Virus record (IMG/VR): IMGVR_UViG_3300025313_000614
Coordinates: 1 to 25,010 of that record
Direction: 5' to 3' (one strand)
DNA length: 25,010 nt
Source of the DNA: a virus
Taxonomy: Duplodnaviria > Caudoviricetes
The position numbers were made by a program, and so were the translations under genes. Below are positions 6,915 through 15,496 of the stretch, piece after piece. How positions within the stretch are numbered: position 1 is the first letter of the stretch; every line of letters begins with the position of its first letter. The notes under the pieces are model-generated. The model was not told where the DNA came from. It saw only the letters and a program-made list of their open reading frames with translations, and did no database searches.

Positions 6915-8292
6915 GCAGTGGCAGGCCCTGCTCAGCCGCGCGGACGAACTGTACTACGGCGGCGCGGCGGGCGGCGGGAAGACGGATCTGGGTCTGGGCA
7001 TGGCCTTCGAATGCCACCAACGCGCCATTTTTTTCCGGCGCGAGTACACGCAGCTGACGGACGTGGTTGACCGGGGCAACGACATCGCCGCGCCGTACCA
7101 GGTGAGTTTCAACCACCAGCGACGGCGCTGGGAATTTGGCGGGCGGTTCGTCGAGCTGGGCGCGATAGATCACCCGCGGGACTTGAAGAAGTACCAGGGC
7201 CGCCCGCGCGACCTGTACGTGTTCGACGAGGTGACCTATTTCCTGCGCGAGTGGGTGCGCTTCATCACCGCCTGGCGGCGCAGTAGCGATCCCACCCAGC
7301 GCACGCGGGTCCTGCTGCTGGGCAACCCGCCCCTGTCGCCCGAAGGGGAATGGATCATCCAGGAATTCGCGCCCTGGCTGGACGATCAGCATCCGAATCC
7401 GGCGCCGCCGGGCGAGCTGCGCTGGTTTGCCGTGCTGGACGATGAGACCGTTGAGGTCGGAGGGCCAGAACCCATCACGCATAAAGGCGACACGATCCGT
7501 CCCATCTCGCGCACCTTCATCCCGGCCTATCTGGGCGATAACCCGTATTACCGGGACACGGATTACCGGACGGTGCTCCAGAACCTGCCGGGCGTGCTGC
7601 CCGACATTCTGCTCGACGGCAAATTCAACGTGCGGGCCGAGGACGATCTCTGGCAGGCGATCCCGACCGCCTGGGTCGAGGCGGCGCAGGACCGCTACCG
7701 CGCAGGCCAACGCCCGGACGTGGCGCTGCGCGCCGTCGGGCTGGACGTATCGCGCGGCGGGGAAGACGAGACGGTGGCCGCCAAGCTCTATCACGAATGG
7801 TTTGAGCTGCACAGCTGGCCGGGCAAGGCGATCCCGGACGGCCCGGCGGCGGCGGACCACGCGTTGAATGCGTGTCTGGACGATGCGCCCGCGCCGTTTT
7901 TCGTGGACGTGATCGGCTATGGGGCGTCGGCGTATGACAGTCTCAAAGGGCGAGACGGCGTGACGGCGTACCCGGTCAACGTGGGCGAGGGCAGCCAGGG
8001 GATGGACAAAACCGGCAAGTTCCCATTTTTCAACCTGCGGGCGGAAGTCGTCTGGCGCTTTCGGGAAGCCCTGGATCCGCAGAGCGACCATGCGATGGCC
8101 CTGCCCCCGGACCGGCAGGTCAAGGTCGATCTGTGCGCGCCGCGCTTCAAGATCGGCAAGAGCGGCATTCAGATCGAGGCCAAAGAGGATGTGAAAGCGC
8201 GCATTGGCCGCTCCCCGGATAAAGGGGATGCGATTTTGCTGGCGTGGTACGGGGCGCAGGGCTATGGGCGCGCCTCCGTCGAGTTCGTGTGA
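6790..8292 (+). CDS. terL: Terminase large subunit
   Basis: GAGGTGAGG RBS; Walker A YGGAAGGGKT, Walker B YVFDE, GNP coupling motif, nuclease motifs GLDVSRGGEDET and RSPDKGDA. Confidence 0.95.
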   Translation: MTTDSILTSISARLNHSLLPSEQAYLRRALTGTAIWTPQSAKQWQALLSRADELYYGGAAGGGKTDLGLGMAFECHQRAIFFRREYTQLTDVVDRGNDIAAPYQVSFNHQRRRWEFGGRFVELGAIDHPRDLKKYQGRPRDLYVFDEVTYFLREWVRFITAWRRSSDPTQRTRVLLLGNPPLSPEGEWIIQEFAPWLDDQHPNPAPPGELRWFAVLDDETVEVGGPEPITHKGDTIRPISRTFIPAYLGDNPYYRDTDYRTVLQNLPGVLPDILLDGKFNVRAEDDLWQAIPTAWVEAAQDRYRAGQRPDVALRAVGLDVSRGGEDETVAAKLYHEWFELHSWPGKAIPDGPAAADHALNACLDDAPAPFFVDVIGYGASAYDSLKGRDGVTAYPVNVGEGSQGMDKTGKFPFFNLRAEVVWRFREALDPQSDHAMALPPDRQVKVDLCAPRFKIGKSGIQIEAKEDVKARIGRSPDKGDAILLAWYGAQGYGRASVEFV

Positions 8293-8300
8293 GGTGAGCA

Positions 8301-8783
8301 ATGATCATCGCAAGCATCCGCATTACGGGCTATCGCGGCCCCCAAACCAACACCCTGTATCTGCCCCCCGGTGAGTATACGGTGGGGGATTTCGACATCG
8401 CGGCGCATACGGTGCCGGAGGCCCTGGCGCGGTATCTCGTCGACACCGGGCAGGTGACGGCGTATGCGGTCCAGGCAGAGGAGCCGCCCCCCGGTGAGAC
8501 GGGTCAGGAACCGCTGGTTGAGTCTGCGCTTGAAGAACCGACGGCAGACGCCCCGGACTCTGGCGAGGAGATCGCCATCACAGGCGAGGCGACGATGGCC
8601 TTAGAAACGCCCGATCCGTGGCAGCCGCTGCCAGTCCTGGATGAGGCGGCCCGGCAGGACGCCCTCGCGGAACTGGAAGCGATGACGGTCGACGAGCTGC
8701 GCGATCTGGCGGCACGCCAGGGCGTGGAGCTGCCCGTCTATCGTCTCAAGAAAGCGGACCTGATCGCCCTGCTGATGCCGTAA
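8301..8783 (+). CDS. Acidic protein with C-terminal Rho-N/HeH-like helical motif
   Basis: GAGGTGAG RBS; LEAMTVDELRDLAARQGV..LKKADLIALL. Confidence 0.75.
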   Translation: MIIASIRITGYRGPQTNTLYLPPGEYTVGDFDIAAHTVPEALARYLVDTGQVTAYAVQAEEPPPGETGQEPLVESALEEPTADAPDSGEEIAITGEATMALETPDPWQPLPVLDEAARQDALAELEAMTVDELRDLAARQGVELPVYRLKKADLIALLMP

Positions 8784-8795
8784 ACGAGGCGTTTG

Positions 8796-11700
8796 ATGGC
8801 TGCTGTAGTATCAGACCGCACGCGCGTGCCCCTGAGTCAGGGCGCGGCGCTGCTCCAACGCTGGGATCGCGAGTACCAGGCCGCCAAGCGCGCGCCGAGC
8901 GTGATCTGGCCCGCCGATATGTATGGCTGGTATGGCGAACCGCCGCCGGTCGAAGTCACGGCGACGCCGATCCATTACCGCACCAGCGAGGCGGTCAATG
9001 CGGCGGTCAAGGAATTCGCCAACCGGATCGCGTCGACGGCGCTGCTCCTTTACAAACACACCTCCACGGAGGGCGAGCGTGAGGAAGTCAAGGCGCACCC
9101 GGCCCTGACGCTGCTGCGCAACCCCAATCCGTTTCTGCGGCGCTGGGATTTGCTGTGGCACACCGTCGCGGACCTGAAACTGGCGGGGAATGCCTACTGG
9201 TTCCTGGCCGGACCACACTCTGGCGCGCCGGTGGAAATCTGGCGCTGCGCGCCGCAGATGACGCGCATCGTGCGCAGTACGCGCGAGTACATTGGGGGCT
9301 ACGTGACGGAGATCGACAGCCGGCTGATTCCGCTCCGGCGCGAGGAAGTGATCCACTTTCGCGCGCCTAACCCGGTGCTGGTCGACACGCTCTATGGCCT
9401 GGGGGACCTGGCGGTCGCGGCGCTGGCCGCGCAGACCGGGCGCGAGATGGCCGAGTGGAACCGCAAGATGTTCGCCCGGGATTTTGCGGTGCCGGCGGGC
9501 GTGGTGAACATCGAAACGAATATGTCGGATTCCGACTACGAGCGGATGAAGGCGGAATGGCGCACGTCCTACGGCGGCAAAGAACGCCGGACGGCCTTTC
9601 TGCGCGGCGGCAAGGTGCAATTTCAGCCCATCGGCCTCTCGCAGAAGGACGTGGATTTTCTGGAAGGGGCCAAGTGGGAGGCCGAGAAAATCTACCGGGT
9701 GTTCGGCACCTACCATCTGCTGCCCGCCGAGTTCGCCGATGACCGCAAGGTCAACGAGCGCCAGTTCCTGGAGAACCACGCCTGGCCCTTGCTGAGCTAT
9801 GTGGCCGAAACGCTGACCGACGAGTATTTCAGCTTCTGGGGGCCACGCGATGGCGCGGGGTTGTTGGAAGCGGCGTTTGAGGACATCCGGCCCCGCGAGC
9901 GCGCGCTCGATCTGGAAGAGGAACGCGAAGAGGCGAAGGGCATCACGCTGAACGAATGGCGCGCCGCGCGCGGCAAAGATCCGCTGGACGGCGGCGACGA
10001 CGTGCTGTTCGTGCACGTCCAGGCGGGCGACAAGGTGAAGTTCGAGGTGGACGCGCTGCCCCCGCCGCCCGAACCGCCCGCGCCCCCGCCGGTCGAAGCG
10101 CCGCCTGATGAGCCGCCGCCACCCCCGGAGGCACAGGATGCCCAGGAGAATGCCGAGGAGCGTGAGAGCGCGGGCGATGAGGGGGGCGACGACGTGGGCG
10201 AGGTGGCGGACAAGAGCGCCGTGCATCGCGAGTTGGCGGCCTGGGAGCGGTTCGCGCTGCGGCGGGTGGGACAGCCCCTAGAGCGCACCTTTAAAACTGA
10301 AACCATCCCGCCGTTTCTGGCGGACGTGGCGCGCGCGGCACTCACCGACTGTCAGGATGGGCAGGCGATTAAGACCGTCTTTGCGCGCCTGCACGATTTG
10401 GCTGAGGGCCGCTGGCCGGGCGCGAAATCGAGTTACGGCCCGCCGTCCGGCACGGTCGTGCTGACACTGAGCGACGTCGAAGACATCCTGCTGGTCCAGC
10501 AGGTGGCGCAGCGCAGTATGGCCGCCGATGCCCCGGCGCGCTGGACGCCGCGCGAGCAGCTGCACGTGACCATGATCGACGCGCCGCTGGTGGACGAGCC
10601 AACCTTCCGCCAGATCTTCCAGGAGACGGTCGGATTTGCGGCGCTCGACCTGCGCGCGCTGCGCGTGACGACCTTCGAGGGCGACGGCGAGGCCGTGCCC
10701 ATCGTGGCGCTGGTGGACCCGACCGACGCGCTGCGGGCGCTGCACGAGCTGATCTGGGCCGGGTTTGCGGTGCGCGGCATCGCCGTCTCGGAGTACAGCC
10801 AACCCGATCTCTGGACGCCGCACATTACCCTGGGCTACGTCGAGCGGGCCTACCGGGACACGATGGGTCTGATGCCCGACCTGGCGCTGGAATTCGGCTG
10901 CCGCGCCGACACGCTGGCCTTTACGCGGGGCGAGTATGAGACCATCCATGCCCGCGCGGGGGGGGTGGCAATGGTGGCCTTGCCAGAGTCAACGCCCGAA
11001 CCGGAGTCGATGAAGGCGATCCAGGCGACCCGTCTGGACTTCGAGAGTGAGTTCGAGACGCTGCTGGCGGCAGGTCGCGAGGCCCAGATTGACCGGCGCG
11101 AGTGGGCGTCGCGGACGCGCACCCTGCTGCGCAAATACGGCGAGAAAGCCTACCGCGACGGCCTGGCGGATGGGGGGGTCACCTATGGCGATGACGAGCC
11201 GCTGGCCCCGGAGGATCGCTCAGCGCTGGGAGGCCTGCTCACCACGCAAAGCCAGTACGTGACCGAGTTAGGGCGGGTGCTGTTCCGCTCCGAGACCGGC
11301 GTCAGTGAGGGCCAAGCCGCCGTCAAGCCGGGGATGTGGTTCAACAAGAGCGTGCTGCCGCTGTACCAGGCAGGCCGGCTGAGCGCCGATAAGAACGGCA
11401 TGTATCTGTGGGTGCTGAACCCGCTCAAGCAGAACTGCCGCAGCTGCCACACCGCGTCCGGCCAGGTTCACCGCCTGGGCGACTGGCACCGGCGCAAAAT
11501 CGTGCCCAAGGCGGACACGCTGATCTGCAAAGGCTTCGCCTGTGGCTGCAATTTACTGCGGGCCGAAGGGCGCGCTGTGGGGCGGCTGGACAGCGTGCCG
11601 CTCCACGCGGGCAAGGCGGAACACGAGGAAGGGACGCCGATGGTCAGGGAGTGGCCGGAGGGCTTTCCGGCAGACATCAAAGCCGAACTGACGCGCGTCT

Positions 11701-11930
11701 TCGGGCGGCGTATTCTGGACCTGACTGCCGCGCCGCGCGAGGCCGACGGTCCGGCGCACTATGTGATGACCCTGCGCGAGGACGCGGGGTATTACGCCAA
11801 ACTGACGGCGGAGAACGTTCAGACGGGATTGTCGATGATCGACCCGCGATTGACCCTGATGGGCAGTGAGATCACCGGCGAGACCGATTTGCAGGTGATA
11901 TTTGCGGTGGAGGTGGATGATGCCGCCTAG
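8796..11930 (+). CDS. Portal protein fused to a 2H phosphoesterase and a MuF/gp7-like head morphogenesis domain
   Basis: HK97-type portal motifs (HPALTLLRNPNP, LAGNAYW, EVIHFR, YGLG); Pro-rich linker; HVT 10563-10571 and HIT 10821-10829; W..NCRSC..C..CGC Cys cluster near 11400-11550. Confidence 0.88.
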   Translation: MAAVVSDRTRVPLSQGAALLQRWDREYQAAKRAPSVIWPADMYGWYGEPPPVEVTATPIHYRTSEAVNAAVKEFANRIASTALLLYKHTSTEGEREEVKAHPALTLLRNPNPFLRRWDLLWHTVADLKLAGNAYWFLAGPHSGAPVEIWRCAPQMTRIVRSTREYIGGYVTEIDSRLIPLRREEVIHFRAPNPVLVDTLYGLGDLAVAALAAQTGREMAEWNRKMFARDFAVPAGVVNIETNMSDSDYERMKAEWRTSYGGKERRTAFLRGGKVQFQPIGLSQKDVDFLEGAKWEAEKIYRVFGTYHLLPAEFADDRKVNERQFLENHAWPLLSYVAETLTDEYFSFWGPRDGAGLLEAAFEDIRPRERALDLEEEREEAKGITLNEWRAARGKDPLDGGDDVLFVHVQAGDKVKFEVDALPPPPEPPAPPPVEAPPDEPPPPPEAQDAQENAEERESAGDEGGDDVGEVADKSAVHRELAAWERFALRRVGQPLERTFKTETIPPFLADVARAALTDCQDGQAIKTVFARLHDLAEGRWPGAKSSYGPPSGTVVLTLSDVEDILLVQQVAQRSMAADAPARWTPREQLHVTMIDAPLVDEPTFRQIFQETVGFAALDLRALRVTTFEGDGEAVPIVALVDPTDALRALHELIWAGFAVRGIAVSEYSQPDLWTPHITLGYVERAYRDTMGLMPDLALEFGCRADTLAFTRGEYETIHARAGGVAMVALPESTPEPESMKAIQATRLDFESEFETLLAAGREAQIDRREWASRTRTLLRKYGEKAYRDGLADGGVTYGDDEPLAPEDRSALGGLLTTQSQYVTELGRVLFRSETGVSEGQAAVKPGMWFNKSVLPLYQAGRLSADKNGMYLWVLNPLKQNCRSCHTASGQVHRLGDWHRRKIVPKADTLICKGFACGCNLLRAEGRAVGRLDSVPLHAGKAEHEEGTPMVREWPEGFPADIKAELTRVFGRRILDLTAAPREADGPAHYVMTLREDAGYYAKLTAENVQTGLSMIDPRLTLMGSEITGETDLQVIFAVEVDDAA

Positions 11931-11937
11931 TGGCTGG

Positions 11938-12546
11938 CTATTCCTCAACCGCTTTGTCTGGAACGCCTGGGAGGAGCTTCATATTATGCCAAGCCTCAAA
12001 AAGCTCTTCAATGGTAATCAGTCCTTTATTAGCCAGGCGATGATGATTGGGGCAGAGAATAATAAGGTTATCGAATTTATTCGATCCGCCTGTATTCGTT
12101 TGAATTATGTGATGGACATCGCAACTCGTTTCTGCCCAGCCGCATATAGCACAACAATCTATAAAGCGACGTTTCATGGATTGACGGGCAGAAGGGGAAG
12201 ACCGCTCGCGTCCTTTTTTCCAGCGTGCCCAGGGAGAAGCAGCCTTGAATGCGCACTCACGGCTACAAAACGACTGATCATGCTCCGGCCATTTGGTCAC
12301 ACGCTGAAATTCCGTTCCGCACTGGGCACAGATATATGTCTTGGGTTTTCGTTTGGCCTGTGCCGACATTTGACGTCCCGCTTCGAAAAATTGGGGGGTA
12401 GGCTTGATCGGATTTTGCCGTCTGTATTCGCGCCAACATTCACGGTTGCAGAAAACGAGGTTTTGATCCGGATTAAGTTTTCGCGGTTCTCGGTGAACCT
12501 CTTTTCCGCAATTGGCACAAGTGAAATCAATCGTATGGCGTGGCAC
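11938..12546 (-). CDS. HNH endonuclease with two N-terminal Cys4 zinc-finger repeats
   Basis: AGGAG RBS before GTG 12546; CANC..FCNREC and CAQC..FCSREC; CAICG..DVHHI..NLIILCPNHH. Confidence 0.9.
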   Translation of the reverse strand: MPRHTIDFTCANCGKEVHREPRKLNPDQNLVFCNRECWREYRRQNPIKPTPQFFEAGRQMSAQAKRKPKTYICAQCGTEFQRVTKWPEHDQSFCSRECAFKAASPWARWKKGRERSSPSARQSMKRRFIDCCAICGWAETSCDVHHIIQTNTGGSNKFDNLIILCPNHHRLANKGLITIEELFEAWHNMKLLPGVPDKAVEE

Positions 12547-12648
12547 TTGTTTTTCTCCTACAGATCCTACTTGCGAGGGTGTGGGCAAGCGGTAGGACAC
12601 GCGGTTCATGCGGTTCATGAGGCCGCACTAGCCCACACCTTGATTATA
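12547..12648 (-). promoter_or_regulatory. Promoter plus three-way-junction leader RNA, copy 2 (upstream of zinc-finger HNH)
   Basis: TATAAT at 12648-12643; stems 12578-12586/12631-12639, 12609-12613/12623-12627, 12589-12591/12600-12602; loop UCCUAC matches GUAGGA at 12570-12565 and 12561-12556. Confidence 0.75.
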
Positions 12649-12674
12649 CCGCAAAGGTACGCGGAGGCATAAAA

Positions 12675-15008
12675 ATGCCATACGAATCTGTGAATGACAC
12701 ATCGCTCCCAAAGCACGTGCAGGCGCTCTCTGAGGAGCAGCGCCGCCAGTGGATCGCAGTGTTCGAGCGCGTGCTGGACGACACCGGCGACGAAAGTGAG
12801 GCGATGAGGCAGGCCAACGCCGCCGTCAAGGGTGATAGGCCCATGATGGATGACGACGAGGAACGCCAGCGGCGCGAGCGCATGATGGGCAAATTGACCT
12901 GTGTCAAAGCGCTCGACGAGTCCGGGCGCATCGGCGGCTATCTGGTCGTCTGGGGCAGCCCGGCGCGCAAAGACTTGCAAGGCGAATACTTCACGCCGGA
13001 GACGGATCTGGCGCTCGACTGGTACCCGCGCCGCCCCGTTCTCTACCATCACGGGTTGGACACCACGCTGGGCATCAAGATGGTGGGCCAGATGGAGTCC
13101 ATGACGCCGAACGACGTGGGGTTGTGGGTCGAAGCGCAGTTGGACCTGCGCGACCGCTATACCCAGGCCGTCTGGAACCTGGTCAAGAACGGCGCGCTGG
13201 GCTGGAGCAGCGGCAGTTTGCCGCACATGGTCCAGGTGGCGCGCGACGGCCAGATCAAGCGCTGGCCGGTGGTCGAGGGCAGTCTGACGCCCACGCCCGC
13301 CGAGCCGCGCGACACGGATGCTGTCAGTCTGAAGCACTATAGTGATGCTCAGACTGTTTCTCTTGCTTACAAAAGCGCCGGGCTGACCGTGCCCGATCTG
13401 GTAGCGCCGGAGTCCGCCAGTGAGGGCGACCCGGCCAGAGACCAGGAGGGGAGCGACGAAGCCGGGGCTTCTCAGACATACGACAGACCACTATCTCCTA
13501 TGGAGGGCAATACCATGCCTGATACGCTCGACGCTGCGAAAGTGCAGCAGATGATCGCCGAGGGCGTGAATACCGTCCTCGCGCAGAAACAAGCGGAAGC
13601 GGACCAGACGGCGCTGGTGGAGAAGGCCGCGCGGGTCGATACGCTGGAAGCCGAAAACGCGGCGCTCAAGGCGCAAACGGCCCCGGGCCAACCGGCCCGC
13701 CGTCTGCCCGGTCACACCGACGACGAGGGCGGTGACGAAGGTCGCACCGCGCTGGTCGCGGTCGATGAGACAGCCACGAAAACCCTTATCCCGATCATCC
13801 AGGTCATGTCCCCTTACGACAATCTGTCGGCGGCAGATATGGCCTATGGGTGGACGGTCTTGCGCGGCCTGCGTCACGCGGGCAAGGCGCTCGATCCCAG
13901 CGACGCCTTCAAAACCGCGCTGCTCGACAAGGCCTGGCGCGAAGGCTATCGCCTCGATCCGGCGGCGTTCAAAGAGCCGTCCTACCGGGCGATGAAAGCC
14001 AATGAGCTGATGTATTCGACTCTCGCCAACTACGGCGACGAGTGGGTCCCGGACTTGTGGGAATCGGAGCTGTGGCGCAAGGCGCGCGTGGACAACGTGA
14101 TTCTCCCGTTGTTTCGCTCGATTGAAATGCCCAGCAATCCCTTCGAGCTGCCCATCGAAGGCACGGACCCGACCGTGTACTTCGTGCCCGAAACCAAGGA
14201 CGAAGACGATCTGCTCTTGTCCGGGGCGGGCAATCCCATGCCTGACAGCCAGGTCGGGAGCGGCAAAGTCACCCTCTCGGCCAAGAAATTCGCCGTCCGG
14301 GTCGGGTTCTCGGCGGAACTGGTCGAGGACTCCATCGTGCCGGTGTTGTCGCTGTACCGGGAGCAGGCCATCCGCGTCATGGAAGACGCCATCGACAACG
14401 TCCTGCTCAACGGCGACACCGAAGCCGGCGCGACGGGCAACATCAACAGCGACGACGAAGCGCCTGCCGCGACGAACAAGTTCATGGCGTTCGACGGCCT
14501 GCGCAAGCTGCCGCTGGTCACCACCACGGCGAACAAACTGGATGCGGCGGGCGCGCCGACGGCCTCGCTGATGCGCCAGGCGCGGTTCCTGATGTCGAAT
14601 CGCTATGCGCTGCAACCCAAGCAGTGCGTCTACCTCGTCGACAGCGGCACGTATGGCAAGCTGCTCGAAGCCAACGAGATTGTCACCGTCGACAAGTACG
14701 GTCAGAGCGCGAGCATCCTGACCGGTGAGGTCGGCGTGATCTACGGCGTGCCGGTCCTTCCCACGGCGGAAATGGCGCTGACAGAAGCCGATGGCAAGCT
14801 GTCGTATGACACGCCGTCCAACAACACCAAGGGCCAGGCGGTGTGCGCCTACCGACCCGGGTGGGTGGTGGGCTACCGCCGCCGCATCGCCGCGACGATG
14901 AGCTACCTGCCGTACTACGACGCCTACCAGCTGGTGGCGACGATCCGGCTGGCGTTCATCAATTTCGATTCCGAGGTCGCTGCGGCGCTGTACAACATCA
15001 CCGTCTGA
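12675..15008 (+). CDS. ChaB-like domain, HK97-family prohead protease and major capsid protein in one ORF
   Basis: GGAGG RBS; MPY..LPKHVQAL..QWIAVF..A..AAVK (ChaB); VLYHHG, GLWVEAQL, WSSGS, EGSLTPTPAEPR (protease); FSAELVEDS, LLNGD, FDGLRK, IYGVPV (HK97-fold capsid). Confidence 0.9.
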   Translation: MPYESVNDTSLPKHVQALSEEQRRQWIAVFERVLDDTGDESEAMRQANAAVKGDRPMMDDDEERQRRERMMGKLTCVKALDESGRIGGYLVVWGSPARKDLQGEYFTPETDLALDWYPRRPVLYHHGLDTTLGIKMVGQMESMTPNDVGLWVEAQLDLRDRYTQAVWNLVKNGALGWSSGSLPHMVQVARDGQIKRWPVVEGSLTPTPAEPRDTDAVSLKHYSDAQTVSLAYKSAGLTVPDLVAPESASEGDPARDQEGSDEAGASQTYDRPLSPMEGNTMPDTLDAAKVQQMIAEGVNTVLAQKQAEADQTALVEKAARVDTLEAENAALKAQTAPGQPARRLPGHTDDEGGDEGRTALVAVDETATKTLIPIIQVMSPYDNLSAADMAYGWTVLRGLRHAGKALDPSDAFKTALLDKAWREGYRLDPAAFKEPSYRAMKANELMYSTLANYGDEWVPDLWESELWRKARVDNVILPLFRSIEMPSNPFELPIEGTDPTVYFVPETKDEDDLLLSGAGNPMPDSQVGSGKVTLSAKKFAVRVGFSAELVEDSIVPVLSLYREQAIRVMEDAIDNVLLNGDTEAGATGNINSDDEAPAATNKFMAFDGLRKLPLVTTTANKLDAAGAPTASLMRQARFLMSNRYALQPKQCVYLVDSGTYGKLLEANEIVTVDKYGQSASILTGEVGVIYGVPVLPTAEMALTEADGKLSYDTPSNNTKGQAVCAYRPGWVVGYRRRIAATMSYLPYYDAYQLVATIRLAFINFDSEVAAALYNITV

Positions 15009-15035
15009 TAGTCTGGCGTTTCAATGGACACGAGT

Positions 15036-15059
15036 GGGGGGGCGGTTCGCCGCCCCCTT
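15036..15059 (+). other. Strong GC hairpin with UUCG loop after the capsid gene (attenuator or mRNA-stabilising element)
   Basis: GGGGGCGG-TTCG-CCGCCCCC; no real U tract follows. Confidence 0.6.
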
Positions 15060-15073
15060 CAGGAGAAGAAACT

Positions 15074-15493
15074 ATGCTTCAAGAAGCGATTGGCGTGAAG
15101 AATCCGGCGATGGCCTTCGGGCCGTTTATCGACGCCGCTGTCGCGGCGAGCCAGACCGATGCTCAGCTGATCGTCGTCGGCGTCGTCAACGACGGCATCG
15201 TGATGCCGAAAGCGGGCCATATCGTCGGACTGCTGTGGACGCTCAGCGCGGCGGCCTCGGCGGGGACGCTGACGATTGGCGCGTCCATCGATGGCACGGA
15301 GAACGCGAACACCCGGCAGACGGTGACGACAGCGGTCGAAGGCTACGCAGCCTTCAAGACGAACGACGTGGCGCCCCGCTTTGCGGCGGGCAACCAGATC
15401 GGGGTGGAGATCACGACCGATGGCTCGTGGAACGCGACGACGGCGGACCTGGCCGTGTGGCTGGTCGTGGCCTTCGAAAACTGGGAGATGTAG
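15074..15493 (+). CDS. Putative head decoration / virion structural protein
   Basis: AGGAG RBS before ATG 15074; Ala/Thr/Gly-rich, beta-strand-like; directly after the capsid gene. Confidence 0.65.
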   Translation: MLQEAIGVKNPAMAFGPFIDAAVAASQTDAQLIVVGVVNDGIVMPKAGHIVGLLWTLSAAASAGTLTIGASIDGTENANTRQTVTTAVEGYAAFKTNDVAPRFAAGNQIGVEITTDGSWNATTADLAVWLVVAFENWEM

Positions 15494-15496
15494 CGG

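Noticed and set aside
6685-8301. 538-aa minus-strand ORF and similar long antisense ORFs (8811-10226, 13491-14615, 21116-22204, 23077-23982)
   Set aside because: They lie opposite well-supported phage genes, carry no motifs, and are expected from GC-rich codon bias.
10056-10130. C-rich repetitive tract
   Set aside because: Explained by a poly-proline linker in the portal fusion.
12601-12619. Direct repeat GCGGTTCAT x2
   Set aside because: Falls within leader RNA copy 2 and is not conserved in copy 1; not treated as a separate element.
15036-15059. Intrinsic terminator after the capsid gene
   Set aside because: Strong stem but no U tract, and the next RBS follows at once; kept only as a hairpin.
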